From: Vulcanisaeta distributa DSM 14429
GTDB taxonomy: Archaea > Thermoproteota > Thermoprotei > Thermoproteales > Thermocladiaceae
Assembly (NCBI RefSeq): GCF_000148385.1
Contig: NC_014537.1
Location: 1,860,001 to 1,892,000 of the forward strand
Length of the DNA stretch: 32,000 nt
Reading direction: 5' to 3'
Position numbers and translations under genes: made by a program. Below, one piece after another: positions 17,878 to 26,125 of this stretch (the first letter of the stretch is position 1; each line of letters begins with the position of its first letter). Under the pieces are notes generated by a model that ran no database searches, was not told the origin of the DNA, and worked only from the letters and a program-made list of their open reading frames with translations.

Positions 17878-20658
17878 TTATCTAAATGGGCCCTTCTGAA
17901 TCAGTATGATTATCATTATGACTGATGCACTAAGTAAAAATGCTATTAGGCTTGTTATCAATTCACTAGATTCTCCCTGCATCGCCGATATCGCCTGCGA
18001 ATTGCCTGGGCTGAGGGTAAACGTAGCCAGTGGGAATCCGTATTGATTAATCAGTATTGGGTGATCGCCAAGCTCGTACTCAGTAACCGGCGAGTATAAT
18101 TGAGCCGTTGTTGCATTTTCAATGCCTATAATGGGTATTGTTGTTATGTGGTGAGGCTTCAACACTACGGGCTTGGCAATCGTATACGTGCCATTACTCA
18201 CCACTAGCGTTACATACAATGTGTAGTTCAGGCCGTTGTATATCTGTAGTACTACGGCGTTATTCTCAACCACGTACTTAACAAGCCTAATCTCAGACAA
18301 ATAATTCTCTATGGCGTTAATTATGGCGCTCGTGTACGTTAATGCCTGCTCCTGGAACCACACTGGGCCATAATTTGGAGGTCCTGTTTGCCAGGTCCAG
18401 TCACTACCCTCAGCAATGTATAGGTAGTTCCACAGCGTGTATATTGGGTTTGTCGAGTTTGGAGTTGTGTTGAAGGGTAGTGGTACCACGGGTGATATTG
18501 GCATGCCCACGGCCTTCGTAAACGCCACAAGGTACTCCCTAGCCAAGGCAACTGAGCGCCAAATTTCGATCTTACCTGGGTAACCATTGTTCCAGTTGTT
18601 TAGGTTTAGGGCCCATGAGGACTCCGGTAGGTTCGTTAGCACGGCTATGGGTTTATGAGTTGCGATGGCCTCGCTGGCCGTCTGTGTTACGAACCAGGTG
18701 CCCTGGTACTCAGAGAGTACTTGGTAAATAGCCTGTAAATCAGCGGGACCCGTGGTTGGGTTAAAAATTAGTGGGTTCTCGCCATCTAGTGCCACGACGA
18801 CTACGGCGCCCGGGCTCTGCATGTATATCCTGGCTAGGTAATGAATTAACTCCCTAGCGGTTACCTGTGGAGGTTGTCTGAAGTACGCGAAGGAGAATGC
18901 GTTGGAGAGGTCTGTATCCCTAAATAACACTATTATTTGCTCACCAGTTGAATCCTCAACGATTATAGGCCCGTAGGGCGATGGAGTACCGCTAACCACG
19001 GTTGCGTAGGGCAGGAACGCCTGGGCATCGAGTATTGTGAATTCAATGCCGGTCTCATTATATAGGTGAACTAAGCCCATGTTAAATGCCATCTCGGGTG
19101 TCCAGGCACCAGTTGCCTTAACGCCGAATACATCCTCGGTCATTTCCTCACCCATGAGTATTTGAGCTAGTAAGTCACTCTGCCAGCCATTGTCATAAAT
19201 TATTGCCTGCAGTGGGTGGTAAAATGGCACGGCGAGTATCTCGATCTTACCCTCCTGGGCGAGCTCCCTATATAGGCTGATTGTATAGTTTATGGCTTCG
19301 AGACACTGTGTCATGTTTACATTGAGTATTGATGGGCTTGACCAAACAGGTGAGTATGGGAATGCGCCCTCGGTCAGTATTGTCTCCCACTGATATAGAA
19401 GTACTGGTGTGAAGTCTATGGTAACACTCACGTTATACTCATTGAGTAAGATGGCTTGCAATTCGTAGGCACCAACCCACGTCCCATTCCATAGGAAGTC
19501 ATGACACGTGTGAAGCAAGACCCAGGCTTGTTCCCACGTCCCGTTTGGCTCTATGTAAAGTGGTTGATGCATGTTCCATACAATGACTAGGCTGAGCGGT
19601 GGCTTGCCCGTTGTATTGAGTACGTAGAGGCTTGGCAATGAGGCTTGGGTTAATACCGTGCCTAAACTATACACCGTGAGCATTGGCGTATATATGCCCT
19701 GCGGCATATTTACAGTGAAGTTCAGCGCCACCGTGTAGTAGCCTGGCATTATTGTTACATCGTAGTAATTAAACTCCTCACTATTTGCCGTGAGTGTCAT
19801 ATTAACAGTAATAGGCTTGCCAAATTCGTTCTCGAAAAGAACGTAGACAGTGGCATTCTGACCAACTAAGTAAACATACTTACTATACGTCGCATTTATG
19901 AATATCAACGGTGAGTACACGTCCTGTATTGCGAAGTTCCCGTTGGGTGTGCAGATTACCGTACCGCTTATTAGGTTGGCTGAGCAGTGAAGCCAGGTGT
20001 TAGTCGTTGTATCCCAGTAGACCCACTGGATCCACTGTCCCGGCTGGAATGGCCCTATCATAACTGAGTAATTACCCCAGAGTGGGTTGAATGTCATTGT
20101 CGCATTCATGGCGCCAGGCGCACCACTCGTGGTGTACCAAGGAACATTTCCAGGGCCTGAGGTTAGGCCATACCAGAGGAGTATGTTATCCGGCGCCCTA
20201 CCAAGTACGGTTATTAATATTGAACCGTTTGGATAAACGTAGGCCCATGTATATCCTTGGTTCGGTGGATTAACGTCAACATTCCAGTTCCAGAAGGGTA
20301 CACATTGATAGTTAATCCAAGTGTTCGTGGTTACATCATGGAATACCCAGGCAACCCAAGTACCTGGTTGGAAAGGCCCAATCGTAACTACGTAGCTGGT
20401 TCCATTCCAAGTCATTAAGGTATCAGTGACGCTTGACCAAGGCCCCTGTGGGTATGGTTCAATACCCCAGCGTAAGTAAACCTCGTGGCCCTCTGGTACT
20501 CCCGTTATCGCCACGGTTATGTACGCGGAGCCTGACGCTGGTGTTACGTTAAAGGATACTACATATGAGCATGAGCTTTGGGCATAGGTTATGGGTACCA
20601 TAAGTAGTGCTGCTACTATTGGTAAAAGAATTAACGGGTATATTATTTTATTTGTCAT
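17878..20658 (-). CDS. Extracellular, membrane-anchored GH57 family glycoside hydrolase (amylopullulanase/alpha-amylase-like)
   Basis: Signal peptide MTNKIIYPLILLPIVAALLMVPITYAQS. GH57 motifs VWNMHQPLY (about 19551-19587), GAWTPEMAF and ALDGENP. C-terminal TM helix SLIAFLLSASVIMIIILI. Many N-x-S/T sequons. Confidence 0.85.
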   Translation of the reverse strand: MTNKIIYPLILLPIVAALLMVPITYAQSSCSYVVSFNVTPASGSAYITVAITGVPEGHEVYLRWGIEPYPQGPWSSVTDTLMTWNGTSYVVTIGPFQPGTWVAWVFHDVTTNTWINYQCVPFWNWNVDVNPPNQGYTWAYVYPNGSILITVLGRAPDNILLWYGLTSGPGNVPWYTTSGAPGAMNATMTFNPLWGNYSVMIGPFQPGQWIQWVYWDTTTNTWLHCSANLISGTVICTPNGNFAIQDVYSPLIFINATYSKYVYLVGQNATVYVLFENEFGKPITVNMTLTANSEEFNYYDVTIMPGYYTVALNFTVNMPQGIYTPMLTVYSLGTVLTQASLPSLYVLNTTGKPPLSLVIVWNMHQPLYIEPNGTWEQAWVLLHTCHDFLWNGTWVGAYELQAILLNEYNVSVTIDFTPVLLYQWETILTEGAFPYSPVWSSPSILNVNMTQCLEAINYTISLYRELAQEGKIEILAVPFYHPLQAIIYDNGWQSDLLAQILMGEEMTEDVFGVKATGAWTPEMAFNMGLVHLYNETGIEFTILDAQAFLPYATVVSGTPSPYGPIIVEDSTGEQIIVLFRDTDLSNAFSFAYFRQPPQVTARELIHYLARIYMQSPGAVVVVALDGENPLIFNPTTGPADLQAIYQVLSEYQGTWFVTQTASEAIATHKPIAVLTNLPESSWALNLNNWNNGYPGKIEIWRSVALAREYLVAFTKAVGMPISPVVPLPFNTTPNSTNPIYTLWNYLYIAEGSDWTWQTGPPNYGPVWFQEQALTYTSAIINAIENYLSEIRLVKYVVENNAVVLQIYNGLNYTLYVTLVVSNGTYTIAKPVVLKPHHITTIPIIGIENATTAQLYSPVTEYELGDHPILINQYGFPLATFTLSPGNSQAISAMQGESSELITSLIAFLLSASVIMIIILIQKGPFR
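19981..20382 (-). repeat. Protein-level tandem duplication of a roughly 108-aa Trp-rich domain in the GH57 N-terminus
   Basis: IGPFQPGTWVAWVFHDVTTNTWINYQ (20305-20382) and IGPFQPGQWIQWVYWDTTTNTWLHCS (19981-20058) are exactly 324 nt apart. Flanking segments also align. Confidence 0.7.
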
Positions 20659-20679
20659 ATTATTAGGGTATTTTTTAGA

Positions 20680-20689
20680 TATTTAAATT
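20680..20689 (-). promoter_or_regulatory. TATA-like box of the GH57 gene
   Basis: atatttaaat centred about 27 nt upstream of the ATG (20656-20658). Implies a promoter of its own and a leaderless mRNA. Confidence 0.5.
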
Positions 20690-20727
20690 TTTCTTTTCAA
20701 TTATTCTTTTAATTATTTTCAATTCCT

Positions 20728-21600
20728 CTATGCCTTAACACCACCCATTGCATATATCTGTACCAGGTACTTCTGGAATGCCATGAATATTGCAAATATT
20801 GGTATTCCCATGAGCACGGAGAACGCAGCAAGCACATTATACAGTGTTGCCCTATTCACGAAGGCTAGATAGTACATACCCAGGGTTAAGGTCCACATGC
20901 TACCCTTTGCTATGAATGCGTATGCCAGTGCATAATCCGTATAGGCTCCCATGAATGCCAAGAGCGCGACAAACGCAATTATTGGCTTAGCCATTGGTAA
21001 AAGAATTCTGAAGAACGCCCCAGGCCTAGTTAACCCATCGATCAACGCGGCCTCCTCATAATCCTTAGGTATCCTATCAAGAAACACCTTAACTAGGTAT
21101 GAACTAAATATTGATGTGCCACCTGAATAGGCTAGTATTAAACCTACGTATGTAGCCCACCCTCTAAGCATACCCAATGATGCGAACATTAAGTATAGGG
21201 GCAGTGCCGTCGCTGCGAATGGGAAGAACGTCATCACGTATATGGTCACCATCAACGTGGTCTTCCCAGGTACATTAAACCTAGATAGGGCAGCCCCCGT
21301 TATGAAGGCTACAATAACCGTGATCGCTATCGTACCTGCCGCGAGTATCAGGCTATTCCTTAACCATAATAGGAATGGTTCCTTAAATAATATGTAGTAA
21401 TAGGCCTCTAGGGATGGGTTCTCGGGCAGGAGTGAGCGTAGGGTTATTGAGGCCAATGTTGGTATTGGATTCACGGAAGTGATTATTATGTAGTAGATTG
21501 GGAATACGGCTATGATGGCTGTAACGGTAAGTATTATATACGATATACCAAGCCTAACCCAATTAATTACCTTGTTCCTTAGGCTATACCTATTACTCAT
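20728..21600 (-). CDS. Sugar ABC transporter permease (MalG-like)
   Basis: Six predicted TM helices, EAA loop EEAALIDGLTRPGAFFRILLP. ATGA start/stop overlap with the upstream permease. Confidence 0.9.
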   Translation of the reverse strand: MSNRYSLRNKVINWVRLGISYIILTVTAIIAVFPIYYIIITSVNPIPTLASITLRSLLPENPSLEAYYYILFKEPFLLWLRNSLILAAGTIAITVIVAFITGAALSRFNVPGKTTLMVTIYVMTFFPFAATALPLYLMFASLGMLRGWATYVGLILAYSGGTSIFSSYLVKVFLDRIPKDYEEAALIDGLTRPGAFFRILLPMAKPIIAFVALLAFMGAYTDYALAYAFIAKGSMWTLTLGMYYLAFVNRATLYNVLAAFSVLMGIPIFAIFMAFQKYLVQIYAMGGVKA

Positions 21601-22487
21601 GTTATCACCTCAAGGACCCTACCAACCCTGAGCATTAGTATTGCCATTATTGTCAGTATTATTGTCGAGATTACGGAGTAAGCCGCAGCAATGTTATAAT
21701 AGCCATATGAGAATGCCTCCTGGTACGTATAAACAATTAGTATGTCTGTGGATATGCCCGGACCACCACCCGTCAATATGTATATTGGGTAGAAGTTATT
21801 CCATGTAAATACGAAGCCACCAACGCTGACGAAGGCTATGGCGCTCCTCATTAGGGGCAGTGTTATGTACCTAAACCTATGCCAGGCATTGGCGCCATCA
21901 ACCACGGCAATATCATATAACTCACTCGGTATGCTCTGCAGACTTGATAGGAAGACCGCCGTATAATATGGGAATGATAACCACAGGTTCGTTAATATTA
22001 ATGCCGCCCAGGCGGTATTCGTGAATGTTAACCAGTTGATTGGTGGGATGCCAAATAAGCCGAGGAATTTATTGACGATTCCATACTCATAATTCCACAT
22101 CCCAGACCAAATCACTAATGATATGTATGCTGGAAATGCCCAAGGAACTAAAAGTAACGTAAAAAATACATCCCTACCCTTAATATCCTTCTGATTAAGT
22201 ATTAAGGCAAGGATGAAACCAGTAACAACCATCGGGACTAGACTACCCACTGTCCAAATCACCGTGTTCAGTAATAATGTATAAAAAGTATCGCTAGTTA
22301 ATATTTCTTGATATATCCTTAACCCAATAAATGTATAATGAAATAAGTGATAAAGATCAAAGTTTGTAAATGATATATACACGGCATAGGCCACCGGGTA
22401 TAGAAATAGGAATAATGCAATGGCAATGATGGGAAGAAGGTAAAGGTATTGGATAAAGATACGGTCTAACTTTTGAAGAGGGTCCAT
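21597..22487 (-). CDS. Sugar ABC transporter permease (MalF-like)
   Basis: Multi-TM, EAA-like loop LYDIAVVDGANAWHRFRYITLP. Confidence 0.9.
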   Translation of the reverse strand: MDPLQKLDRIFIQYLYLLPIIAIALFLFLYPVAYAVYISFTNFDLYHLFHYTFIGLRIYQEILTSDTFYTLLLNTVIWTVGSLVPMVVTGFILALILNQKDIKGRDVFFTLLLVPWAFPAYISLVIWSGMWNYEYGIVNKFLGLFGIPPINWLTFTNTAWAALILTNLWLSFPYYTAVFLSSLQSIPSELYDIAVVDGANAWHRFRYITLPLMRSAIAFVSVGGFVFTWNNFYPIYILTGGGPGISTDILIVYTYQEAFSYGYYNIAAAYSVISTIILTIMAILMLRVGRVLEVIT

Positions 22488-22493
22488 TATTAA

Positions 22494-22499
22494 TCACCT
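22494..22499 (-). promoter_or_regulatory. Shine-Dalgarno-like AGGTGA upstream of the MalF-like gene
   Basis: tcacct on the plus strand, 6 nt upstream of the ATG at 22485-22487. Fits an internal operon gene. Confidence 0.5.
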
Positions 22500-22502
22500 A
22501 AC

Positions 22503-23918
22503 TTAACTGCTTGATTGAGCCATTTGCTGAAGCATGTACTGTTCCATGCCTTGGGCAGCGGCCTGGGCGGTCGTCTGATTAGCGAAGTAGGCAGTTGCGT
22601 ACTGGTGGAATGCCGGCCAGTAATACGCCATTGCGGGTATGTTGGGGAACTTCTGGCCGTACTGCGCCTGGGCGAATATGCCCTCCATAATGTCGTTGAG
22701 GCATGATGGCGTTAACTGCCCAGCCTTCAACTGACTAACCGCCTGGTTATAGGCCTGTATATTGGCTGGTATATCGTGCGCATAATTCCATAGGTTAAGG
22801 TCTGCCTGTGGTCCAGTCATGTACAGTATGAACACCAATGCAGCCTCCAACTGCTGAGGCGTGGCGCCACTTGCCTGTGGCGATGCAATCACCCAACCAG
22901 TACTACCTATCAGTGGGCTTGCATGTAGACCTGTCTGGCTAACCACGGGTAATGGTGCAGCACCAAGGTTACAACCAAGTGCCTTGAAGTACGTTCCCAA
23001 GTCCCATGGTCCATCAAATATTATGGCTGCTTGACCACTTGTGAATAACTGCCCCTCAAGGCTTGGGTTCATGTCTGGGGCATTTATGTGTAGGCCGTAT
23101 GTTAGATTATACCAGAATTCTAAGGCATTAGCCATAGCGCTTGAATTGAGTTGTGGCATGTTGTTGGGGCCGAATATTTGCCCGCCAAAGCCAGCGAACC
23201 ATGCGGCGAATCTATAACCCCACTCAGAGCCGACACCGTAGGCAATGCACCACACGTGGTACGTGCTATTGACCTGCAGGCACATGTTGATCAATTGGTC
23301 TGTGGTGTTTGGTGGTGATGTTATGTATTGCTTATTGTAGAACATGACTATGTAATTTATGTTGTCGGGTAAGCCGTAATAACCATGGGCGCTTGGTGTG
23401 TTTAAGTAGAAGTTCTGCGCAGCCGTTGGTAGGTACTGCTCGAATACTGACGGTGGCAGGTACTCACTTAGGTTTAGTAGTAGTCCGGCTGCGAATAGTT
23501 TTCCTGCATCATCACTCGTATCCCTATAGACGATAGGCGCTTGCCCAGCCTTTGCGGCTGATATGAAGTTGCTCGTTGCAATGCTGACACCGTAAGTTAC
23601 CTCAACATGTATACATGGATATAACTGCTCAAAGGATGCCAATGAGGCATTAAATGCCTGATTCTCACTAACGCTGTATGTGTTCCACACGGTTATCGTT
23701 ACGTTACCAACCTTAGAACAGAACGTTTGAGCAAAGCTGGGGCTGTATACATTTTGTGGTGTGAAGTCACTTATTGGTATTACGAAGCCTGGTGGTGTTG
23801 CTGGTTTTGGTGCGGAGGGTTTGTATAGGTAAACCACGGCCACGACCGCCGCTATTATGACTATCACTGCAACGACTATGCCTATTATAGCCCCTGTGGA
23901 TAGTCCAAGCTTACTCAT
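22503..23918 (-). CDS. Sugar (maltose/maltodextrin-type) ABC transporter substrate-binding protein, N-terminally membrane-anchored
   Basis: Family-1 solute-binding-protein-like sequence with an N-terminal TM anchor MSKLGLSTGAIIGIVVAVIVIIAAVVAVV and a Pro/Thr linker. ATG at 23916-23918 is preferred over the track start at 24005. Confidence 0.85.
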   Translation of the reverse strand: MSKLGLSTGAIIGIVVAVIVIIAAVVAVVYLYKPSAPKPATPPGFVIPISDFTPQNVYSPSFAQTFCSKVGNVTITVWNTYSVSENQAFNASLASFEQLYPCIHVEVTYGVSIATSNFISAAKAGQAPIVYRDTSDDAGKLFAAGLLLNLSEYLPPSVFEQYLPTAAQNFYLNTPSAHGYYGLPDNINYIVMFYNKQYITSPPNTTDQLINMCLQVNSTYHVWCIAYGVGSEWGYRFAAWFAGFGGQIFGPNNMPQLNSSAMANALEFWYNLTYGLHINAPDMNPSLEGQLFTSGQAAIIFDGPWDLGTYFKALGCNLGAAPLPVVSQTGLHASPLIGSTGWVIASPQASGATPQQLEAALVFILYMTGPQADLNLWNYAHDIPANIQAYNQAVSQLKAGQLTPSCLNDIMEGIFAQAQYGQKFPNIPAMAYYWPAFHQYATAYFANQTTAQAAAQGMEQYMLQQMAQSSS

Positions 23919-23943
23919 ACGTATTTCAGGTATTATGAATAGG

Positions 23944-23950
23944 TTTAAAA
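23944..23950 (-). promoter_or_regulatory. TATA-like box of the ABC transporter operon
   Basis: tttaaaa (within aggtttaaaagc) centred about 29 nt upstream of the ATG at 23918. Supports the shorter start. Confidence 0.5.
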
Positions 23951-24029
23951 GCATTACCGTGATTGATTTATATAATTCATGAATGCTCATAAATAAAAAA
24001 GGCAAAACTTAGATACTCATCTATATATT

Positions 24030-24043
24030 TATACCTAGGTATA
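24030..24043. repeat. Perfect 14-bp palindrome TATACCTAGGTATA
   Basis: Verified as self-complementary. Lies between the GH13 stop (24098) and the ABC operon TATA box (23944-23950). Confidence 0.9.
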
Positions 24044-24097
24044 CCCATTAATAATGTAATTATTAACGACCATTAAGCACCAATAATCTTTGGCAAG

Positions 24098-25522
24098 TTA
24101 TCTACCCTTAATAATGAAGTAATCACCACTTAAGACGCCACTACCATACCTCCTTGGTCTATTACTTAACCTAACCTCGAATTTATTATCATAATAAATC
24201 AATTCACTTGAGTTAACTATTATACGCCTAGGCATTAGGTTTAGTCCTGAAAGCCTTCTTACGAATTCATGAAGGGTATTGGGGCCGTTAACTCTTTTCC
24301 AATCCATACACCTCCTATTATCAGGGTCAGGACCTCCCTCAAGCATTACCTCATCACCGTAGTAAAGCATTGGGGTCCCAATCCAGGTGTATATGAATGC
24401 TAACGCCGCCTTAAACTTCTCAATGTCATTGTTAAGCATTGTTATTGCCCTTGGCGTATCGTGTGTATCCACAAAGAGCCAGGAGTTAATTAGGAAGTGC
24501 TTTGGTAATACGTTCAATTGTCTCTTAAGCACCTGGGCGAAATCCTCGGCGTTAATTTCATCACGAAGAAACTTAATTAACGGTTCCCAGACCTGGTAAT
24601 TCATAACTCCATCAACCGCATTTCTCCATAGAAATGGATCACCCCAAACCTCGGCGATTAACGGCTTATTAATGAAGTTCCTTAGGTCCCACAAAAACCA
24701 GGGTGGTATGCCGGCGCCCACATCGATCCTAAAGGCATCAACACCCACCAACGCCCAATGAAGTACGATACCCTTAACCCACTCACCGGCGAACTTCATG
24801 TTAAGCTTAGGCATCCTCTTAACATCCATGAACTTCTCATAATCACCATTATAAATGTAGTACCAGTGAGAATACTTAGGGTCACCACTCAGAGCAGCCC
24901 TAAAGGCGGGGTGCTCAGAACCAGTGTGATGTATGGGTAAATCAAGTATAACCTTAATACCAAGTTCATGAGCTCTCCTTAGTAATTCCTTAAACGCATT
25001 ATTACCGCCTAGATCATCATCGACATTAATGTAATCAACAACATCGTACCTATGGTAGGACATCGCCCTGAAAATTGGCGTTAAGTAAATCGCATCAAAG
25101 CCCATAGACCTAATATAACTGAGCTTGTCCGTAATGAAGGATAAGTCACCACCAAGCCTATCCCTAGGACCGCCCTTCCTCTTACACCCAAACCTATCAA
25201 CGAAAATACCGTAAATCGCCCTGAACAACCTACGCCTATTCTCATGAACCCTCCTAATAGAACCACCGAGTTTAAGCACATTGAATCCATTTTCCGTAGG
25301 ACCATCATCAAGAACCACCTCACCATCAACTAAGTACCTATAGTAATACTTACCCGGAGGTAATGAGATGTAAGCACAATAATCAGGACCACAAAACTCA
25401 AGTTCAATAGGCTTCATAAACGCCGTAAAACTACCGATAACAAAGGCGGCCCTCCTGGGCTGCTTATTCACTGAGAACCGAACGAAATAGAGATTACCGC
25501 TTTTAAATACGGTGATAGGCAT
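24098..25522 (-). CDS. Cytoplasmic GH13 alpha-amylase family enzyme (cyclomaltodextrinase/neopullulanase-like)
   Basis: GH13 conserved regions DLPIHHTG (I), GVDAFRIDV (II), IAEVWG (III), FVDTHDTPR (IV). No signal peptide. TATA-like cttaaattaa at 25545-25554. Confidence 0.9.
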   Translation of the reverse strand: MPITVFKSGNLYFVRFSVNKQPRRAAFVIGSFTAFMKPIELEFCGPDYCAYISLPPGKYYYRYLVDGEVVLDDGPTENGFNVLKLGGSIRRVHENRRRLFRAIYGIFVDRFGCKRKGGPRDRLGGDLSFITDKLSYIRSMGFDAIYLTPIFRAMSYHRYDVVDYINVDDDLGGNNAFKELLRRAHELGIKVILDLPIHHTGSEHPAFRAALSGDPKYSHWYYIYNGDYEKFMDVKRMPKLNMKFAGEWVKGIVLHWALVGVDAFRIDVGAGIPPWFLWDLRNFINKPLIAEVWGDPFLWRNAVDGVMNYQVWEPLIKFLRDEINAEDFAQVLKRQLNVLPKHFLINSWLFVDTHDTPRAITMLNNDIEKFKAALAFIYTWIGTPMLYYGDEVMLEGGPDPDNRRCMDWKRVNGPNTLHEFVRRLSGLNLMPRRIIVNSSELIYYDNKFEVRLSNRPRRYGSGVLSGDYFIIKGR

Positions 25523-25585
25523 TAACCAACCGCAAAAATACGAACTTAAATTAATTAACCCAAATGAAGAGTAACGAAATAAAGG

Positions 25586-25593
25586 CTTAAAAA
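25586..25593 (+). promoter_or_regulatory. TATA-like box of the tRNA gene
   Basis: cttaaaaa centred about 29 nt upstream of tRNA position 1 (25619). Confidence 0.4.
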
Positions 25594-25618
25594 CCGACGT
25601 ATTTTTAAGAACTCACGA

Positions 25619-25711
25619 GCCCCGGTAGTATAGCCCGGTCAAGTATGTGGGCCTTTCGAGCTTAGGCGAAGATAGCCCGTGACCCGGGTTCAAATCCCGG
25701 CCGGGGCACCA
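25619..25711 (+). tRNA. tRNA-Glu (anticodon UUC) with a 15-nt intron and encoded CCA
   Basis: Hand-folded. Acceptor stem GCCCCGG/CCGGGGC, D-loop AGCCCGGTCAA, anticodon stem TGGGC/GCCCG, loop CTTTCGA (TTC at 25655-25657), T-arm CCGGG-TTCAAAT-CCCGG, discriminator A, CCA. Mature length is 75 nt plus CCA. Confidence 0.85.
25659..25673 (+). other. tRNA intron at the canonical 37/38 position
   Basis: 15 nt (AGCTTAGGCGAAGAT) interrupt the anticodon loop. TTCG (34-37) can pair with intron CGAA, which fits a bulge-helix-bulge-like motif. The junction is ambiguous by 1 nt because A flanks both sides. Confidence 0.6.
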
Positions 25712-25750
25712 GATATTTCTATTCTCTTATCTCTTACTCATTTTCTTGTC
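25712..25750 (+). terminator. Pyrimidine/T-rich tract downstream of the tRNA
   Basis: gatatttctattctcttatctcttactcattttcttgtc. Oligo-T-rich tracts are the usual archaeal termination signals. Confidence 0.35.
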
Positions 25751-25754
25751 CTGA

Positions 25755-25768
25755 GTTAAATTTTTATG
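25755..25768 (+). promoter_or_regulatory. TATA-like box of the ubiquitin-like protein gene
   Basis: gttaaatttttatg centred about 29 nt upstream of the GTG start at 25791. Confidence 0.45.
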
Positions 25769-25790
25769 CTGTGCATAATCCCCTGGATTT

Positions 25791-26075
25791 GTGAGGATTA
25801 AGGTTAAGTTTTTTGGTGATCTTTATGAGTTAGTTGGTGCATTTAGAATAGAACTTGAAACCCCAAACGGCCTTTCTATACGTGATCTTATTGATCTCAT
25901 TTCCCATACGTTCAATCCTAAGTTTGCTGAGGCTGTGCTTGATGGTGATGGCAGGCTTAGGGGTGAGTACGTGGTCCTAGTTAATGGTAAAGCCATTGAG
26001 TGGCTTAATGGCCTTGCTACGAAACTTAACGATAATGATGAGGTAGTGTTTCTACCGCCCGCTGAGGGTGGTTGA
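25791..26075 (+). CDS. MoaD/ThiS-family ubiquitin-like small protein with C-terminal Gly-Gly (SAMP/Urm1-like sulfur carrier)
   Basis: 94 aa, MRIKVKFFGDL... start and ...VVFLPPAEGG-stop, the beta-grasp sulfur-carrier signature. GTG start. Confidence 0.8.
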   Translation: MRIKVKFFGDLYELVGAFRIELETPNGLSIRDLIDLISHTFNPKFAEAVLDGDGRLRGEYVVLVNGKAIEWLNGLATKLNDNDEVVFLPPAEGG

Positions 26076-26125
26076 GCTGTTGGTATGGGATAACTTATAA
26101 ATTGGTATTAGTTCTTTTCACAGTA

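Noticed and set aside
23919-24005. N-terminal extension of the sugar-binding protein (MPFLFMSIHELYK...), together with the TTG-initiated extensions at 8170, 26072 and 1212
   Set aside because: The internal ATG codons give canonical N-termini (TM anchor, HTH, HWVDRIA, MDIDLL). Each is preceded by a TATA-like box at about -27 to -30, and the extensions would read through those promoters.
25619-25711. tRNA-Glu as the attachment site of an integrated element carrying the sugar cluster
   Set aside because: No integrase or transposase gene was seen, and I saw no second copy of the tRNA 3' half (TTCAAATCCCGG...) at the far border near 17.85 kb or elsewhere in the window. It is kept only as a low-weight remark in the cluster finding.
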